A stretch of DNA of 53,915 nt, counting the filler, from Sphacelaria rigidula (lineage: Eukaryota): assembly GCA_964200075.2 (NCBI GenBank). It is 5 parts of 5 records of this genome, joined end to end, with 100 filler letters (N's around TTAATTAATTAA, not from the genome) between each part and the next. Parts side by side here need not be neighbours in the genome. Positions count along the whole stretch, not along the records: positions 43,215 to 53,915 come from CAXNAA020006059.1; 4 more parts are not named here. The stretch is one strand, 5' to 3'. The position numbers were made by a program, and so were the translations under genes. The notes below the pieces were generated by a model. It saw nothing but the letters and a program-made list of their open reading frames with translations, did no database searches and had not been told where the DNA came from. Below, one piece after another: positions 50,801 through 53,915 of this stretch; positions within the stretch are counted from its first letter, which is position 1; every line of letters starts with the position of its first letter.

Positions 50801-53195
50801 TTCCACAGCGGCTGCTGCTGCGGCGGCGGTAACGATCGTCGACGATAGTGTCGAAGTGAAAAAAAGCGTCGGCGGGCGAGGTAACGGCGGCAGCGACGGT
50901 GGAACTACGTCCTGTGGCGACGGTGAGCAAGAACGTGGACGCAGTCGTACCCGTGGAGATGGTGAGAACTATCCGACCGGCGCGGAGGCGGAGTGCAAAG
51001 ATAGCGGCATGGTGTCACCAATGGCGGGGAGATGGTGGCGGCGCGTAAGTGCCGACAGGGCCTCGCCGTTAGAGTTAGGCCGAAGGACGGAGGAGACAGA
51101 CGGAAGATCGTCGCTCACGCCACCGGGCACCATAGAAGCGAGAAGGACGATTCGCTCCTCGAAAGTTCCGTTCGAGGAGCGGCGTGCTGTTTTTGTCGCC
51201 GCTGAGATAAGCAGTACCAGTGGCAGCAGCAACAACAGCAGAAAGGTAAGCGCGGCGACCGTTGACGGCCGCGCTTCCCAGGAATCGGAGGAAAAATCGT
51301 CGCCAACTTTTTCGCAGAGCTCAGGCTCGATCGGAGCGCCGAGGTCCTCGATGTCTTCGACCGAAGCTGCGTTGGAGAGGGTGACGGTCGGGCGGCGTGG
51401 GGAACGGGTCAAAACAGCAGCAGCGGCGGCTGATGCTTGTGGTGGCGTCGGGGACCCCGACGGAGATCGCTCACCTACGGGGGCTCATGGAACCACCGAG
51501 ACAAGGGTGTTGGGCGGTGATTCAGGTGACATCTGCGCCAAGCTACGTCCGGAGGTTTATCCCTCTTCGCCAAACTCGACGGAGGGCCGCACGGCCTCGG
51601 CGATGATTTCGCCACCCCGTGAGGTGTCCGTCGTACCTCCTGCTCCCGAGTCCATCCCTCCACCGGATGCCGATTACGACTACAAGAGCGGCGCCAATCT
51701 CGCCAGGAACCCGGGATCCGCTGCTCTACCGTCGGCGGCGTCGTACCCCCCTCGCTTCGTGTCTCCTCCGCCGTTCCGCAAGCCCATAGCAGAAAATCGA
51801 GCGAAGTTGGATATCGTAGGGGCCAAGCCCCGCACCCCAAAAGCAACCGATGCGAGAAGCGCCGCCCCGCCGATGTTAGACGTCGGAGGCAGCGATGTCG
51901 GTGCGTCTTCTGGTGGAGGCGGAGTATTCATGGGAGTTGAAGATCGACCGGAGGCGCAGCACTCGGATACGACTATGAACAGCAGCAGCACCATGAGAAT
52001 TTCGCCGAACTTACGGCCCGGCACAGGGGGAGGAGCGCCGTCGGATGTTGCTACCACACAGCGACGGAACGAGGTCAAGGCTGGCGTGAACACTATGGCA
52101 TCCCTCGCGATGGGCTCGGCACCCAAATCACCCCCGCTGTACGCGCCGAACCCCACAACGCAATCGAGTGTCTCGTCGCCCGTGGCCTTCGAGAGGCTCA
52201 GCCCGACGGTCCCGGCTGCCCGTCTGCCGTCAGCGCCGCCGTCGGCGGCGTCGCATCAGGCGCTGAGGCTGCAACAAGGATTGACGGTGTCACCGTCTCC
52301 CGTCGCCGCCTGGATCCCGAACGCTCTGCAACCGTCTCTATCCCCGCGCAGCCGGCTCGAGCAAGCGGACGAAGTATCTATCTTCGGCTCCCCGTGGAGT
52401 GCGACGGCTCTACGACAAAAGGCTCTAGCACGGAAGACGTCTCCCCCGAAACGTAAACAGCAGCAGCCGAACAGCAAAAACACATCGTTGTCTCCGAGGG
52501 TAAAAGATCGCCGCAAAAAGGGAAGCGATATCGACGGCGGCCGCCGCCGCCACCACCACCGCCAGTCGAACTCCCCGGCTTCGTCTCGATTCGCCTCGTT
52601 CTGGAGCCAGGGGGGTGACGCCAGTGGCAGCAGAAACCAACGCTGGGGTAGTAGCGCGGGTGTGGGTGGACATGCCACCAAGATCTGGCTGCGCAGCAGC
52701 GGTGGCGGGGGCTCCCGCTCGGGATACCATTCCGGAGGATCGTCGGGGGAGTGGAAGGAGGACGGCGGATCGAAGCGGTCGCTGCGCCGTCGCGTGAGTA
52801 GCGGCAGCTTGCGCAGCAGCAGCACCGGAAACGGAAATGGAAACGGGCACTTCGAAGAAGTGAAAGAGCAGCTGCCCCCTGATCACCCCACTAAGCTCTC
52901 TTTCAGTCGCATTAGCGCCGAGCGCGCCGCGAGCCTGCGGCAGCTACGGGTGAAGGTGGAGAGCGACAGGTTGCTGACGGCGGGCAGGGATGCAAACACC
53001 AATACACGCGGTACGCTGAAAGCACGGCCTGCCCACGGCGACCCCGCCGCTGGGGCGCCTTCTGAGAAATCGCAGTCGAAAGGTGGAGAGGCAGCAGCGG
53101 CGCCGGCGGGGGGGGTGCTTCACAGCACCTACGGCAGCGACAGGGGTGCACGATTTAAGGTGGCGATGCCCCTTACTTCGTACGGCCATGAATAA
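44816..53195 (+). CDS. Large Ser/Pro/Gly/Ala-rich protein of unknown function, about 1596 aa. Exons: 44816-45388, 47545-49083, 50517-53195
   Basis: Three long GC-rich ORF segments join in phase 0: GAG|gtgaga...cacag|ATA (EAVLE|ILSIPHF) and CAG|gtatga...caag|GCG (ELVMRVEQ|AEKTAQFWK, a continuous amphipathic helix). TAA at 53193-53195. The start is uncertain because the ATG follows an acceptor-like tract. Confidence 0.7.
45648..46260. mobile_element. Second copy of the 24052-24657 MITE family, in intron 1; right end unresolved
   Basis: Starts TA|CGAGCTGGGCC. Shares ttgagca.atcgctgtgaactgcagaccaac, aaggtactgcat and ttcgaa.tc.tgacc.ccataactggagtctc.tgtatcact with copy 1. Confidence 0.7.
45807..46076. 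mobile_element. Nested 270-bp MITE with related TIR
   Basis: Left CGAGCTGGGCCAGCCTGGAAGCGGATT matches the reverse complement of the right end (CAAGCTAGTCTAGCCCAGAAACGGGTT) at 19/27, followed by TA. Absent from the aligned position in copy 1. Confidence 0.6.
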
Positions 53196-53915
53196 ACTTG
53201 ATCATGCAGTTCTCTCAATTGCCTGTGCGTCATGGGGGTAGGACAAGGGCGGAGCTTTGTTGTGTGGTTTGACGCGTGTGGCTTGCGTTTGCGTTTTAGA
53301 TGAGAAGTTGTAGAAGGATGAGATGTGGGGGCGGGTGCGCCTTGGGTGAGTCGTGGGTCTGTTTGTTTCTCGAGATCATGTGATGTATAAAGTCGATCTG
53401 CCCGCTTCAAGGCAAGTTAGTGCGCGCCGAAAGTAGGTGCCTCACTTGAAGTGGGATGTGCCATGTTTTAGGTATTGCCCAATTTTATGAATATTGGTAT
53501 GTTGACCTTGGGTGTCGTATCCCTCGTGGACATTTGAGTGCCGTTCAGGCTAGAAGTAGGCCTACGCCATGGGATGGTGTGCGGGTCGCCGGCATGTATA
53601 TCGGGAAGCCGGCATCGATCAATCGGTGAAGCAACTATAATGCGGATGTCTATCGTTACAGTGTATTGGCGTCGGAGGGAGATCTTTGTACTATCACCAA
53701 TTCTTCACCTTGCATGTTCCATTGCATCGTCTTCGTTGTGAGTGAAAATTGGTTATAGCAGTGTGTTGTGTTGCCCTCGACTTTGTGAACGAAGAAGAAA
53801 ATGATGATGACTTTGCGGGGAGGGGGGGGGGGGGGGGGGGAGAGGGTTGCGGTTTTTTTGGGCGTGGCGGGGTGGCGGAAGGGGGGGGGGGGTCGACTGT
53901 GGGGCGAGCAAAGCG

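Overview
Eukaryotic, intron-containing, TE-rich DNA, most likely from a brown alga (Phaeophyceae). This is an inference from splice style, GC-rich low-complexity exons and RTE-LINE/copia relics resembling Ectocarpus elements. The window is not one locus: it is five contigs of near-identical length (10704, 10704, 10703, 10703 and 10701 bp) joined by artificial 100-nt N44-TTAATTAATTAA-N44 linkers, so adjacency across linkers carries no information. Contig 1 holds only TE material: a 1.67-kb TIR element with an 8-bp TSD filled with a 42/43-bp higher-order satellite, a copia gag relic, and possible hAT and tyrosine-recombinase relics. Contig 2 holds a 5'-truncated ULK4/RUNKEL-like kinase-HEAT gene on the minus strand, with 7 visible exons, DFG changed to GFG and one GC-AG intron. 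Contig 3 holds a 2-exon gene encoding a divergent HSF-type DNA-binding domain plus four PHD fingers, and two MITEs. Contig 4 is mostly decayed TEs (CACTA-like, an 8-bp-TSD MITE, Gypsy-like, RTE LINE). Contig 5 holds a 3-exon gene of about 1596 aa encoding a mostly disordered protein of unknown function, with nested MITEs in intron 1. I found no CRISPR array, rRNA or intact tRNA, and no clearly new multi-gene system. The best leads are the HSF-4xPHD protein and the satellite-carrying transposon.
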